A stretch of DNA of 64,000 nt from Mobula birostris (GCF_030028105.1 NC_092370.1:86944969-87008968); one strand, 5' to 3'. Positions 52,400-64,000 are shown, counted from the first letter of the stretch. Notes: generated by a model from the sequence alone, not told the origin. Translations and numbers: made by a program.

Positions 52400-52590
52400 T
52401 GTTGTGTTCTTAATATTTATACGTACCATGGGTTAACAATAAGGAATCATATTCTGGAAGAATTAGAACTTTTATTTACAGCAACAAAACAAAACCACGT
52501 TTTTACCAAGCCATGTTCCAGATCATTCTATCATTTCTGCGCATTCTTAGAGCTCTCTCCAATCACGTTCTTACACGTGATATCACCACA
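52400..52590 (-). repeat. 5' LTR
   Basis: Direct repeat of 50258-50447, adjacent to the PBS. Confidence 0.95.
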
Positions 52591-53379
52591 GTGGCCACTC
52601 AATTTAATTCCACTTCCCATTTCCATTCCTCCTCCACTGTCGTGATGAGGCCACACTTAGGTTGGAGTAACAACACCTTGAATTCCATCTGGGTAGCCTC
52701 CAACCTGATGGGATGAACATGATTTCTTGAACTTCCGGTAATGACCACCCCTCCTTCACCTTTCCCCATCTCCTTTTCCCTCACTCACCTTATCTCCTTG
52801 CCCTGCCATTGCCTCTTCTGGTGCTCCTCCCCCTCTTCTTTCTTCCATGGCTTTCTGTCCTCTTCTATCAGATTTCCCCTTTCTCTTTCACCAATCAACT
52901 TCCCAGCTCTTTACTTCATCCCTCCCCCATCTTTTAAATCTGCTCAACTACTTTTCTCCAGTCCTGCCGAAGGGTCTCGGTCCAAAACGTCGACCATACT
53001 TTTTTTTCCCATAGATGCTGCCTAGCCTGCTGAGTTCCTCCAGCAGTTTGTGTGTTTTGCTTTGATTTCAGTTGAGCCTAATTTGTCTCGCAGATTCCAA
53101 ACATATTTGAAATTAAATCCATTCTAGGGGGGGTTGAGTTGCATTTTTAAATGAGTCTACAGTTTGGTTCACCTTTTGCAATGAAAATACAATTGCTACA
53201 GCTCGGAAGTGAGAGTGGAGGAGGTTATGGCACTTCACCATATGCTGGCAGATTTATGAACTCAAAGGAATCGAGCAAATAAATGACGACGAAAAGAAGC
53301 GTGAAAAACATGCAAAGACAACATGATGGGCACAGAAGGCAGCAGCGGCACAGGCAGAACAAAAGCAAGAACATGGTGA

Positions 53380-53870
53380 ACCATCCGGAGGAGTCAGATA
53401 AACTTCACCCGGTGTTTTGTTGGTCAGTGACGTCACCGAGCCTGGGTGACGCCATCATAGGCGGGGCAACTACGTGACGTCAGGCGCCAGCGCGAGAGGG
53501 TCTTGATGACAGCTGCGATGCAATGAATCGAGACGTTGTGGCCATGTCCACGGTTCAGTCTGATTTTGGCCACCGTAACTGATTGTCCTCGGTAGTTCAG
53601 AGCGAAAGGAGTTATGGCGCATCGTTATTTCCTGGTAGCCCGTTGCTGTCGGAGATTGTGCATGAGCCTGGGCCCTCAGCACTTCAGGCCAGCCTGGAGA
53701 CCGGTAAGTGATGGACTTACCGCAGTGTCCGTAGCTCAGCCGGCCGGCTGGCTCGCTGCCCTGCGCCTCACTCCTTCCCCGTTCCTTCCACCTTACCTCG
53801 ACCTCCTCAGGTTAGCGCCCCTTCTCAATGTGACTCAGGCGGGTCCCGGTGGAGTTTAGGCCTCTGCACT
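53380..53870 (+). promoter_or_regulatory. AFG3L2 CpG-island promoter with two CRE palindromes and a GC box
   Basis: TGACGTCA at 53428-53435 and 53475-53482, half-site TGACG near 53447, ggcgggg near 53460. Confidence 0.75.
53614..53703 (+). CDS. AFG3L2: AFG3-like protein 2 (m-AAA protease), exon 1, mitochondrial targeting peptide
   Basis: MAHRYFLVARCCRRLCMSLGPQHFRPAWRP|gtaagt. The MAHR start is typical of vertebrate AFG3L2, the peptide is Arg-rich and acid-free, and it sits in a CpG island head-to-head with PRELID3A. Confidence 0.85.
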
Positions 53871-54344
53871 TGGTTAGTGACGTTGGTGTATTGTATAACA
53901 TCCCAGTCAGCAACTTAGTAGATGGTGGATCTGATGCATGGACTTCAGGTTGTCTGTTTTGTTCGTGCTTTGCGTGATTGTGGGCTAGGGACCGACAGGA
54001 GTCAGTAGGAATATTGCAAGTTTCAAAGTTGTTTTGAGAACATCCTTGAGTCTTTTTCTCTGCCTTCTGGATGACCTATTCTGTGGGAGTTTGGAATAAT
54101 TTCTGTTTCAGAAGTCTGGTGTCAGGATTGTGAATGACAGAGTCTGAGCAGCGGTGCCACCTTGATCTAACTAGGGTCTCAGTCTTGAGCGTTTAGTCCT
54201 GAGAGAGGATGCTGATGTTGGAGAAGGAAATTCTGTGGAGGGGTCAGTGTAGTTTATTGTTACAGGCTGCAGATAGGTTGCAAACAAGGAAGGGGAATCA
54301 GTTGTCAGTTACAAATGATAGACTGTTCCTGTGCTGTGTGGTGA

Positions 54345-54475
54345 AACAACACACATCAAAGTTGCTGGTGAATGCAGTAGGCCAGGCAGCATCTCTAGGA
54401 AGAGGTACAGTCAACGTTTCAGGCTGAGACCCTTTGTCAGGACTAACTGAAGGAAGAGTTAGTAAGAGATTTAAA
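54345..54475 (-). mobile_element. PLE terminal-repeat fragment with a mutated hammerhead motif
   Basis: Same subfamily as 9611-9730; minus strand CTGACAA...GAAA-cg-TT. Confidence 0.8.
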
Positions 54476-55207
54476 ACCTGGTTGGAGTAGTTCCAAAGTA
54501 GTAACAAAAAACAAAGATCAGGAATAATCACTTGTTCCCTCAAGCTTACATAACTGATCTACCCCAGCTAGCTTCTGCTCTTCTTTGTTAGTTCCCCATA
54601 GCTCACTATTGTGTAATTTTCCAAAAATTGATCATATTCCTATTTAAATGCCTCAAATGATTTAACCATCTCAATCCTCTTCCAGAGGTTTACTACTCTT
54701 TGCAAGATGTTCCTGCACACCTCTGTTTTAAATAACCACCCACTCACTTATCTTGTTACAGCTGTAAGACTTTGATCAGGACAAGCAGATTTTCTGGAGT
54801 ATTGTTTGTTTTTCTATTTATTACCCCTGCACTTTTTTCTTATTCAATTTTTCAGATGTTACATAATATTATAAATTTCCCAATTAACCCAGTACGTTTA
54901 ATTTTAAATGAGTTGGGAAATGGAGCCCTGGTCATTTTAAAGGGAGCTTGGGAAAGTGGTTCCTGGTAAGTCAAAAATGAGTGTTAGAGCTGGGGCCATG
55001 GTGATTTGAAAGAGAGTGAAGGAAACATCACCTGCTGATTCATGTGATAAACCACTAGGATTCTCAGATGGTTGATAAGCTAATCGTCAGAATATTCTGC
55101 ATGAACCCTTGCTTGGGAGTCTGCCAATATGGAAACATCTCTACATCTACTTTGTAGGATTTTCTATACACTCCAAAGAATATGGGTCTAACTTAATTAC
55201 TACACGT

Positions 55208-55765
55208 AGGCACCACTGTTGTGTGCTGGGGCAGCAGGCTGAGGGTAGCAGACACCAACAGAATCAACAAACTCATTCGTAAGGCCAGTGATGTTGTGGG
55301 GATGGAACTGGACTCCCTGACGGTGGTGTCTGAAAAGAGGATGCTGTCTAAGTTGCATGCCATCTTGGTCAGTGTCTCCCATCCACTACATAATGTACTG
55401 GGTGGGCACAGGAGTACATTCAGCCAGAGACTCATTCCTCCGAGATGCAGCACAGAGCGTCATAGGAAGTCATTCCTGCCTGTGGCCATCAAACTTTACA
55501 ACTCTTCCCTTGGAGGGTCAGACACCCTGAGCCGATAGGCTGGTCCAGGACTTCCTTCATAATTTACTGGCATAAATTACATATTACTATTTAACTATTT
55601 ATTACTATTTTTCTTTTACTATTCTATTACGATTTATTATTTCCATGACTATTACTATTTACTAATAGTGTTACTATTATTATTTCTATTACTATTTATT
55701 ATTTATGGTGCAACTGTAACGAAAACCAATTTCCCCCGGGATCAATGAAGTATGACTATGACTAT
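55208..55765 (+). mobile_element. Rex1/Babar-clade LINE 3' end
   Basis: CWGS..DTNRINKLIRKAS...SHPLH...PRCSTERHRKSFLPVAIKLYN; AT-rich UTR; tail aatttcccccgggatcaatgaagtatgactatgac. Confidence 0.85.
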
Positions 55766-56310
55766 TCTGGAGTTCAGAGTTAATTCTGGCGTTGTTCTTT
55801 AAGGAGTCTGTACATCCTCCACCTGTAATGCATGGGTTTTTCCAATGTGCTTCGGTTTCCTCCCACAGTTCAAAGACTACCAGAAGGCTACTTGAACATA
55901 GAATATAGAATAGTATAGCACAGTACAGGCCCTTCGGCCCACAATGTTATGCCGACCCTCAAACCCTGCCTCCCATATAAGCCCCTACCTTAAATTCCTC
56001 CATATACTTGTCTAGTAGTCTCTTAAATTTCACTTGTGTATCTGCCTCTACCACTGATTCAGGCAGTGCATTCCATGTACCAACCACTCTCTGAGTAAAA
56101 AACCTTCCTCTAATATCCCCCTTGAACTTCCCACCCCTCACCTTAAAGCCATGTCCTCTTGTATTGAGCAGTGGTGCCCTGGGGAAGAGGCGCTGGCTAT
56201 CCACTCTATCTATTCCTCTACATGGTCATTGTAAATTGTCCTGTGATTAGGTTAGGCAGTTTTGGGATGATGTGGCCAGAAGGGCCAACTCCACAGTGTA
56301 TTGCTAAATA
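55766..56310. mobile_element. V-SINE (+) split by a CR1 3' end (-, ~55895-56220)
   Basis: cggtttcctcccacagttcaaaga core; the CR1 piece is nearly identical to 61061-61390. Confidence 0.8.
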
Positions 56311-57709
56311 AATGACACGACAACCCTCTTATCCACGAATTAGCTCAGTGAATTTCTTTTTCGACTATCTCCAATACCAGTATGTCATTTCTTAATTGAG
56401 TTGTGCAAGACTCTGCGCAGTACTCCTATGTCCTTGCTGGTACCCTAGTACAATTGTAAAAACACCTCCATATTTTTGAATACTAACCTTCTTTCAATAA
56501 AGGCTAACATGTCATTTGTCTTCCTAACTGCTTGCTGTGCCTGATTGCAAATGGATTCCTGCACAGAAATACCTAGAACCCTCAGTACTTCACACATCTA
56601 CAATCTTTCTCCATTAGGAGAATTACCTGCCTTAAGATTCCACTTGCCGATGTGCATAACCTTACAATTTCTTTGTCAAGTTTTTGTCCATTCATTCACC
56701 CTTCATGGTAGAAGCATACAGCTGTATAAATATTATTTACTGAGGAGCTGATGTAAACGTAAATGTGCCGGATCAAATAACGATGGCACAAAAAGATTGT
56801 TACTCATTTTTTCACCCATTTATTTCCTCGAGCTCAGCCGGTGAGTGAACTTGGACCCGACATCAGAGAGAGAAGTGTTCTCATCTCTCCGGCAGTTCAA
56901 CAAGTTCACTGCCTGATGTCAGAATTGTTAGAAGTTATAAGGCCACCAATACAAAAGAACAATCAGTTTGATAACCGTTCCAGTCAAGTCAATGGACTAT
57001 TGATACAAAAGAACAATCAGTTTGATAGACAGTCCAGCCACCTTAATTAAAGAAATCTTGTCTAATTTCCATCAGGTACTGCCGTTTGTCAAAATCAAAA
57101 GGTTTGAAAAGCCAGTAGACATCTTATGTGGATCTGGGTGAACGTTAATCCTTATCTTGCTCCAAAGAAAGCAGCTGTGAGACATTATTCAATCACACTG
57201 CAGTCACAGACATAGTCAGTACTTAACCCATTGTTTACAGGAATCTGAGAATCCCCCATTTCCTTAAACTTTATCACTGATGATGTGTTTTACGGCGAAG
57301 AAAATGAGAGAGCAGATGAATTTGTAAGGATGGTGCTTGAATGTTTTGAGAAGGAACTTGAGGTGGATGACAGATTATTTGAGAATTTGTCAACTAGTTC
57401 TCAGCTCAAAAAAAGTGAAGCCAAGGTTTTAAGAAGAATTAAATTGCACACAGGATAAGCTTTTGGGCGATGAGAGGGGATAGTTTCTTAGGTGAAGTTT
57501 AGCTTGGTGGCTAAGGTGAATTGAAGCGTGCTATAGAGATTGCTCAATGCTACAAGAGGAGGTCATCTGAAAAAAGAACTTTGGTATTCCAGAATGACTT
57601 TTATGTACTTTGATAATAAATTTATTTTGAACTTTGATTTGTTCAGCAGAATCTAGGGTCTGATAGTGTTTAATATGGTTTGGTCAAATGCCAAAGTAGT
57701 TCAAATCTG

Positions 57710-58901
57710 CGGTGCTTCGTGAAAGTATTCAGCCCCCACAACTATTTTCGCATTTTACTGTCTTCTAAATTTAAAAAATATTGAGGTAGCATTCTACAAA
57801 ACATTGTGTATCATGTCAAATAAAAAAAATTCCAAAATCTGTCAACAATTAACTGAAAATTAAAAGCCTAAATTGTGAGGCTGAAACAGAATTCATCCCC
57901 TTTGTAATGACTATGCTGGTGTAATGCAGGTTAATTAAACCCGAAAGATGTAATGTTAGTAAGCTCCACCTGTGGAGGGATGAAAATGAGGTTTATTGAA
58001 TTAAAAAAGAATTGGGGAGAAAAAAAGCTTTGCGAGAAGGAGGCGTGGCTGACGCAGTACGGGAAAGTGAGAGAAACGCTGCAAACTATTAGAAACCAAA
58101 GATATAAACTGTTAAAAGTGGAATTAGTAGTGAGTATCTCTACCTTACTTGAAAAACTCAGGGTGAAAACCCTGGAGGAGAGATGATAGCGATAAAAGAT
58201 CTGTTGAAGCTACAGCTATAACAAGCAGCAGCGGTAATGAGACAATATTGGCAGAGCCAAGTGTCCAAGATCTTTACTGTGTAACTGGGAAGTTGAATGC
58301 TGTTAAATACAGAGATGCTGGATAAAAACTTGCTAGTTCTGCCTGAAAGTTTAAACTGGGGAGGAAGTTTGCCTTTCAGCAGGATAACAACCCAAAGCAC
58401 ACTGCCAAAGCAACCATGTGGTGGCTTCAAATGAAGAAAATTAATGTCCTTGAGTGTCCCAGTCAGAGTTGTGACCTTAACCCAATTGAACATCTCTGGC
58501 AAGACCTCAAGATTGCTGTTCACTGCCTCTCCCCAACTAACCTGGCACAGCTAGAGCATCTGCAAAGAGGAATAGGCAAATCTTGCTCCATCATGTTGTA
58601 CAAAGCCAATGGAGACTTATCCAAAAAGACTACTGGCTGTAAGAGCTGTGAGAGGTGGTTCAACTAAGTACTGAGCAAAGTGGAGGCGGGGGGTGAATAC
58701 TTTTGAACTGCTGACATCACCATTTTTGGATTTTTACTTTCTCCTGCTTTACAATTTTCCCTGTTTTTTGGGTTCTACTGTGAGAAAAGGAACATGTGAT
58801 TCACAAATAAAAGTTCTCAGTTAAATTGATCAAAATCCCTGTTTGTAGTACTCATTGATGAGAACAACGGGTTGGGGGCTGAATACTTTTTCAAGGTGTT
58901 G
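57710..58901 (+). mobile_element. Tc1/mariner DNA transposon, internally deleted
   Basis: TIRs cggtgcttcgtgaaagtattcagcccc / ggggctgaatactttttcaaggtgttg-ta; transposase motif [18 protein letters not shown]. Confidence 0.9.
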
Positions 58902-59937
58902 TATATCTCCAGTGGGGCAGCAAAAACTAAAGGCTCATAAAGCACAACTAGTATAAGTGGAAATAGGGTTTACTGAGAACAGAAGCAGACTGCGACTTGC
59001 TGGAGTTTTGATAAAAATTAATGGCCTGATGTTAGGAGTTTGAAAATGGAGTTATAAGCAATTTGGGAGAGCTTTTTAATAAGAGCACTTAGAACAAGTA
59101 GAAGGGTGAAAGGGATTTAAGTGTAGATGTTGTTGGATTCTGGCGCTTAAATCTAAAATTCTTTTAGAAGTCAGGAACAAGGCATAAAACTTGTTGCTTC
59201 ACGAGCTTTTTATTAGAATTGTTAGAACAAAAAGAACAGGGGCGGAACAGTGATGGGTGGAGGGTTCTTACTACTTGAAAAAGAGAAGATCTAAAGCGTT
59301 CACCAACAATTTTTATGTGTGTTGCATGAGGATCTAAAGATGGTGTCTAGCATAAAACAGCTACTTTCAAACTCAAAACATGAAGAAAATTCCATAGTTT
59401 AGGTATTATCTCATTGAATTATGCTTATTTAATACTATGGTAAAATTAACCAATGAGAAAATATTAGCCACTTAATGAAAGAACAAACCCTCCATTTGAA
59501 AAAGGCTACTTAAAATAGAAGCAGATAATTGATTGCTAAACTGCAAAGAAAATGACAATTAAAATTAAACAGTTGGATCCAACAAACCCCCCTTTGATCC
59601 TAAATCACAAGTTAGAATCATTACATCTGAAAATTCAGTGGTAGAAAAACTGCTATCTAGGTTATGTATAAAATAATTTTTAATAAACTACTTGGGTTAT
59701 GAAATATCAAAGGGCACATACTCCAAAGTATTCATAAGATTATTGCTAGGCAGATTAGTGGGCACACTTGCGTAAGTTTGAAGTATTCTGGTAAGGATCA
59801 CCTTTAAGCAAGTAAAAAAAGTTGTAAATTATAAGGCATATTAGTATGAATATTATGACTTGTAATATTGAGTAACCCCAGCTTCCAAGACTTAATGAAT
59901 ACAAGGAAATCCCATACATCTGATTGATGCATTTTAG

Positions 59938-59990
59938 TTGTTTCCTTACGATATGACCAGCCAAATTAGTTATATCTTCAGACTTGTCAG
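59938..59990 (+). CDS. Possible small AFG3L2 exon (53 nt)
   Basis: ctgat..ttttag|LFPYDMTSQISYIFRLV(R)|gtaagt. Open in the phase left by exon 1, but homology is not recognisable. Confidence 0.3.
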
Positions 59991-60755
59991 GTAAGTACAA
60001 CACTCTTGTCTACAACAGCATATGTTCTCGCCCCTTACCTGCTATGAGAAGATCTATTGCCATATGAGTTTGAAGAACCATCTTGTGTATGGTAATCATT
60101 TGATGGTATATTTCCCAAGGTTTCAGCAGTGTCATTGTTTACCCTTTCTGAGGCTGCAGCAACATTTTTAATCTTTCTTGTACTTCTTGCAACTCCATAA
60201 AATGAGAATAGGATGCAAAACTAACTCTTGCAATGTCTCATTTACTTCCACACTTGGGAGGTAAAGGTATGGTGTGTGTATGTGTCTTGTGGCAGGAAAA
60301 ACATACCCTAAATAACAAGATCTTAACCAAGTACATGGAAGGGAGCTGTAGATTCTTTTTGCACATAGGGTATGTATTGGTCCATGAACTTAGACCATTT
60401 CTTATTACTTGATAGGAACTTTATTGAAGTGTAATATTTCTGATCGTCAATAATACAAGTATACATTAAGAGTCAGATCAACTGGCACACTATGAGTAGG
60501 GAAAAGTGGCTAAAATCTAACAACAAATAATATTAAAGTAAACTTCATAACGTCCAGTCATTGTTGACTTGTTTGAAGTCTTGTGGCTTGTTAGTGATTT
60601 ACTCACTGGAGTCCAGCAATATAGGCAGTGTGACCAAGAGGTTAGCACAGTAACCACAGCGTTTGTCGGATACCACTTTAGCTCACTTGCAGTGGTTGGC
60701 CTGTATCCACTTCTTTTACCATGCTCTTTCACGGCCGTGTTGATAATTAACAGCA

Positions 60756-60884
60756 AACATGAGAAAATCTGCAGATGGACTCATCAGTCCTGTGAGGGAT
60801 CTCTGCCCGAAACATCGACTATTTATTCTCTTCTATCGAAGCTGCTCGGCCTGCTAAGTTCCTCCAGGAATTTGTGTGTGTTGC
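60756..60884. mobile_element. ~130-bp fold-back PLE-derived mini element
   Basis: Inverted tail, degenerate hammerhead, ends tgtgttgc; TSD ttgataattaacagca/ttggtaattagcagca (60740-60755, 60887-60902). Confidence 0.8.
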
Positions 60885-61060
60885 CATTGGTAATTAGCAG
60901 CACTTGATAAGGATCTTCCTATCCAGCTCCCTGTGATTCCTTATGCAGTTTCTTTCCAAGTGGCAGAACCCTGTTGAGAAGTAAACTATACAGCTCGAGT
61001 TAATTTAACACAATAGTTAACTGAACCGTCTGCCGTAATCTGTATATCAGCCTTTCGGAG

Positions 61061-63302
61061 ATAGAACATAGAATGTAGAATAGTACAGCACAGTACTGGT
61101 CCTTTGGCCCACAATGTTGTGCCGACCCTCAAACCCTGCCTCCCATATAAGCCCCCGCCTTAAATTCCTCTATATATCTGTCTAGTAGTCTCTTAAACTT
61201 CACTAGTGTATCTGCCTCCACCACTGACCCAGGCAGTGCATTCCACGCACCAACCACTCTCTGAGTAAAAAACCTTCCTCTAATATCCCCCTTGAACTTC
61301 CCACCCCTTACTTTAAAGCCATGTTCTCTAGTACTGAGCAGTGGTGCCCTGGGGAAGAGGCACTGGCTATCCACTCTATCTATTCCTCTTATTATCCTGT
61401 TATCCTGTACACCTCTATCATGTCTCCTCTCATCCTTCTTCTCTCCAAAGAGTAAAGCCCTATCTCCCTTAATCTCTGATCATAATACATACTTTCTAAA
61501 CCAGGCAGCATCCTGGTAAATCTCCTCTGTACCCTTTCCAATGCTTCCATATCCTTCCTATAGTGAGGTGATCAGAACTGGGCACAGTACTCCAAATGTG
61601 GCCTAACCAGAGTTTTATAGAGCTGCATCATTACATCGCGACTCTTAAACTCTATCCCTCAACTTATGAAAGTTAACACCCCATAAGCTTTCTTAACTAC
61701 CCTATCCACCTGTGAGGCAACTTTCAGGGATCTGTGGACATGTACCCTGAGATCCCTCTGCTCCTCCACACTAGCAAGTATCCTGCCATTTACTTTGTAC
61801 TCTGCCTTGGAGTTTGTCCTTCCAAAGTGTACCACCTCACACTTCTCTGGGTTGAACTCCATCTGACAATTCTCAGCTCACTCCTGCATCCTATCAATGT
61901 CTCTCTGGAATCTTTGACAATCCTCTACACTATCTACAACACCACCAACCTTTGTGTTGTCTGCAAACTTGCCATCCCACCCTTCTACCCCCACATCCAG
62001 GTCATTAATAAAAATCACGAAAAGTAGTGGTCCCAGAACAGATCCTTGTGGGACACCACTAGTCACAATCCTCCAATCTGAATGTACTCCCTCCACCACC
62101 ACCCTCTGCCTTCTGCAAGCAAGCCAATTCTGAATCCACCTGGCCAAACTTCCCTGGATCCCATGCCTTCTTACTTTCTGAATAAGCCTACTGTGTGGAA
62201 CCTTGTCAAATGCCTTACTAAAATCCATATAGATCACATCCACTGCACTACCCTCACCTATATGCCTGGTCACCTCCTCAAAGAACTCTATCAGGCTTGT
62301 TAGACACGATCTGCCCTTCACAAAGGGCTGACTGTCCCTGATCAGACCATGATTCTCTAAATGCCTATAGATCCTATCTCTAAGAATCTTTCCCAACAGC
62401 TTTCCCACCACAGATGTAAGGCTCACTGGTTTATAATTACCCGGACTATCCCTACTACCTTTTCTGAACAAGGGGACAACATTCGCCTCCCTCCGATCCT
62501 CTGGTACCATTCCCGTGGACAACGAGGACATAAAGATCCTAGCCAGAAGCTCAGCAATCTCTTCTCTCGCCTTATGGAGCAGCCTGGGGAATATTCTGTC
62601 AGGCCCCGGGGACTTGTCTGTCCAAATGTATTTTAACAACTTCAACACCTCCTGTCCCTTAATATCAACATGCTCCAAAACATCAACCTCACTCATATTG
62701 TCCTCACCATCATCAAGTTCCCTCTCATTGGTGAATACTGAAGAGAAGTATTCATTGAGGACCTCGCGCACTTCCACAGCCTCCAGGCACATCTTCCCAC
62801 CTTTATCTCTAATCGGTCCTACCTTCACTCCTGTCATCCTTTTTATCTTCACATAATTGAAGAATGCCTTGGGGTTTTCCTTTACCCTACTCACCAAGGC
62901 CTTCTCATGCCCCCTTCTTGCTTTTCTCAGCCCCTTCTTAAGCTCCTTTCTTGCTTCCCTATATTCCTCAATAGACCCATCTGATCCTTGCTTCCTAAAC
63001 CTCATGTATGCTGCCTTCTTCCACCTGACTAGATTTTCCACCTCACTTGTCACCCATGGTTCCTTCACCCTACCATTCTTTATCTTCCTCACTGGGACAA
63101 ATTTATCCCTAACATCCCGCAAGAGATCTCTAAACATCGACCACATGTCCATAGTACATTTCCCTGCAAAAACATCATCCCAATTCACATCCGCAAGTTC
63201 TAGCCTTATAGCCTCATAATTTGCCTTTCCCCAATTAAAAATTTTCCTGTGCTCTCTGATTCTATCCTTTTCCATGATAATGCTAAAGGCCAGGGAGCGA
63301 TC
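61061..63302 (-). mobile_element. Relatively young CR1 LINE (long RT-containing ORF2 remnant)
   Basis: PWVTSEV, ENPKAFF, KSPGPD, NYKPVSLTS, YMDFSKAFDKVPH, GVPQGSVLGPLLF. Catalytic FADD is mutated to FADN; 5'-truncated. Confidence 0.96.
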
Positions 63303-63359
63303 AAGGGCTCCCGGCAGTGGTGTAGGATGTCCTGTTACTAAATCAAATGGACTTGGTTT

Positions 63360-64000
63360 AGTTTTTTTAAAATACAAATTTTTATTATTATTTATTCTTA
63401 TTTTACAAAGCAGCACAGCATATCACAGAGCAGATACAGTACAGCATATTTACACAGCCATCTCATAACAGGAAAACAAATAAAACTTAGAGACAGAAAG
63501 AAGTTCTAATTTAAGTTTAAATTAACATGCAACCTAAATTGATCCCACACGTCTTGCACTTTTCCCTCACTGTTAATTCCTCCCAGCATGTGTTCATATA
63601 ATGAAATCTTAATCATTTCCTCAGTCCATTCCTTTACAGTGGGACATCTGGGTTTTTTCCAGTTTTGCAATATAATTTTTGCAACTGTGATGAGACCCAC
63701 CTTTAAAATAGTAAATTTGTCATTGTTTACATAAGGTATCATTGTCCTATCGCCCAGGAGACAAAGCCGTGGGCACAAGGGCAGTGTGGAACCCGACCAA
63801 TTCCCCAACAGATCAGGAACTTTACACCAAAATGGAAGAACCATGGAACACTCCCAAATCGTGAAAATACGTGCCCACCTCATTTTTACATTTCCAGCAT
63901 AAGTTATTATCAATAATCCCCGTTTTGTACAGTCTAGTTGGTGTCCAATAATATCTGTGTACTATCTTATACTGAATAAATTTCCCTCTCATTTCCCTAA
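63360..64000 (-). mobile_element. L1-clade LINE 3' end
   Basis: ORF2 C-terminus PFW...PLCPRLCLLG...AKIILQNWKKPRCPTVKEW, followed by AATAAA and an A-rich tail on the minus strand. Confidence 0.8.

Larger units (their letters stand above)
50258..52590 (-). mobile_element. Non-autonomous Gypsy-type LTR retrotransposon carrying a host gene fragment
   Basis: Two ~190-bp TG..CA LTRs (~94% identical by eye), TSD gtggc (50253-50257, 52591-52595), PBS, PPT. Gag GNVAENWRKFKQ, Zn knuckles CDRCG..H...CPAYGKICSNC, degenerate protease LGTEAQVNIL, integrase tail RSYMVQTE..VLRRNR. No RT or RNaseH. Confidence 0.95.
48848..53060 (+). mobile_element. Penelope-like element with inverted 5' arm (48848-49575), split by an LTR element
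   Basis: DYTSSHPVTCKNAIPF, CKRNKCYTC, GVIYCVRCSWCDLLHIGQ. Resumes at 52591 (gtggccactcaatttaattcc). TSD ttgttttcagttga/ttgatttcagttga (48834-48847, 53062-53075). Confidence 0.92.

Noticed and set aside
57903-58280. Solo LTR nested in the Tc1 element
   Set aside because: Foreign-looking sequence begins TGTAA, but I found no clean CA end or TSD, so it is left unassigned.
61878-63416. 512-aa ORF as a host gene or active RT
   Set aside because: It is a truncated CR1 ORF2. The first ~40 aa are read-through from flanking and L1-tail sequence, the endonuclease is missing, and FADD is mutated to FADN.

Overview
Vertebrate nuclear DNA, inferred to be a cartilaginous fish (probably a ray) from its CR1 LINE, Penelope-like element (PLE), V-SINE and DeuSINE repeat content. 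It holds a complete six-exon PRELID3A (SLMO1) gene on the minus strand (CDS 37001->24353, 192 aa, all introns GT-AG). Exon 1 of AFG3L2 (53614-53703, +) lies head-to-head with it, as in human. Most of the rest is nested transposon debris. The standout is a 2.3-kb Gypsy-type LTR element (50258-52590, minus; two LTRs, tRNA-Leu PBS, PPT, GTGGC TSD) whose RT/RNaseH/integrase core is replaced by an intronless ~400-bp piece of host SH3KBP1 (CIN85) coding sequence. That piece is fused in frame to both the protease and the integrase tail, about 1 kb upstream of AFG3L2. Second, the abundant PLE terminal repeats carry minimal hammerhead ribozyme motifs (intact at 14955-14992) and occur as stereotyped fold-back insertions with 13-16 bp TSDs, some as short as ~130 bp. 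Gene and family identities come from recalled sequence motifs, not database searches, and repeat boundaries without TSDs are approximate.
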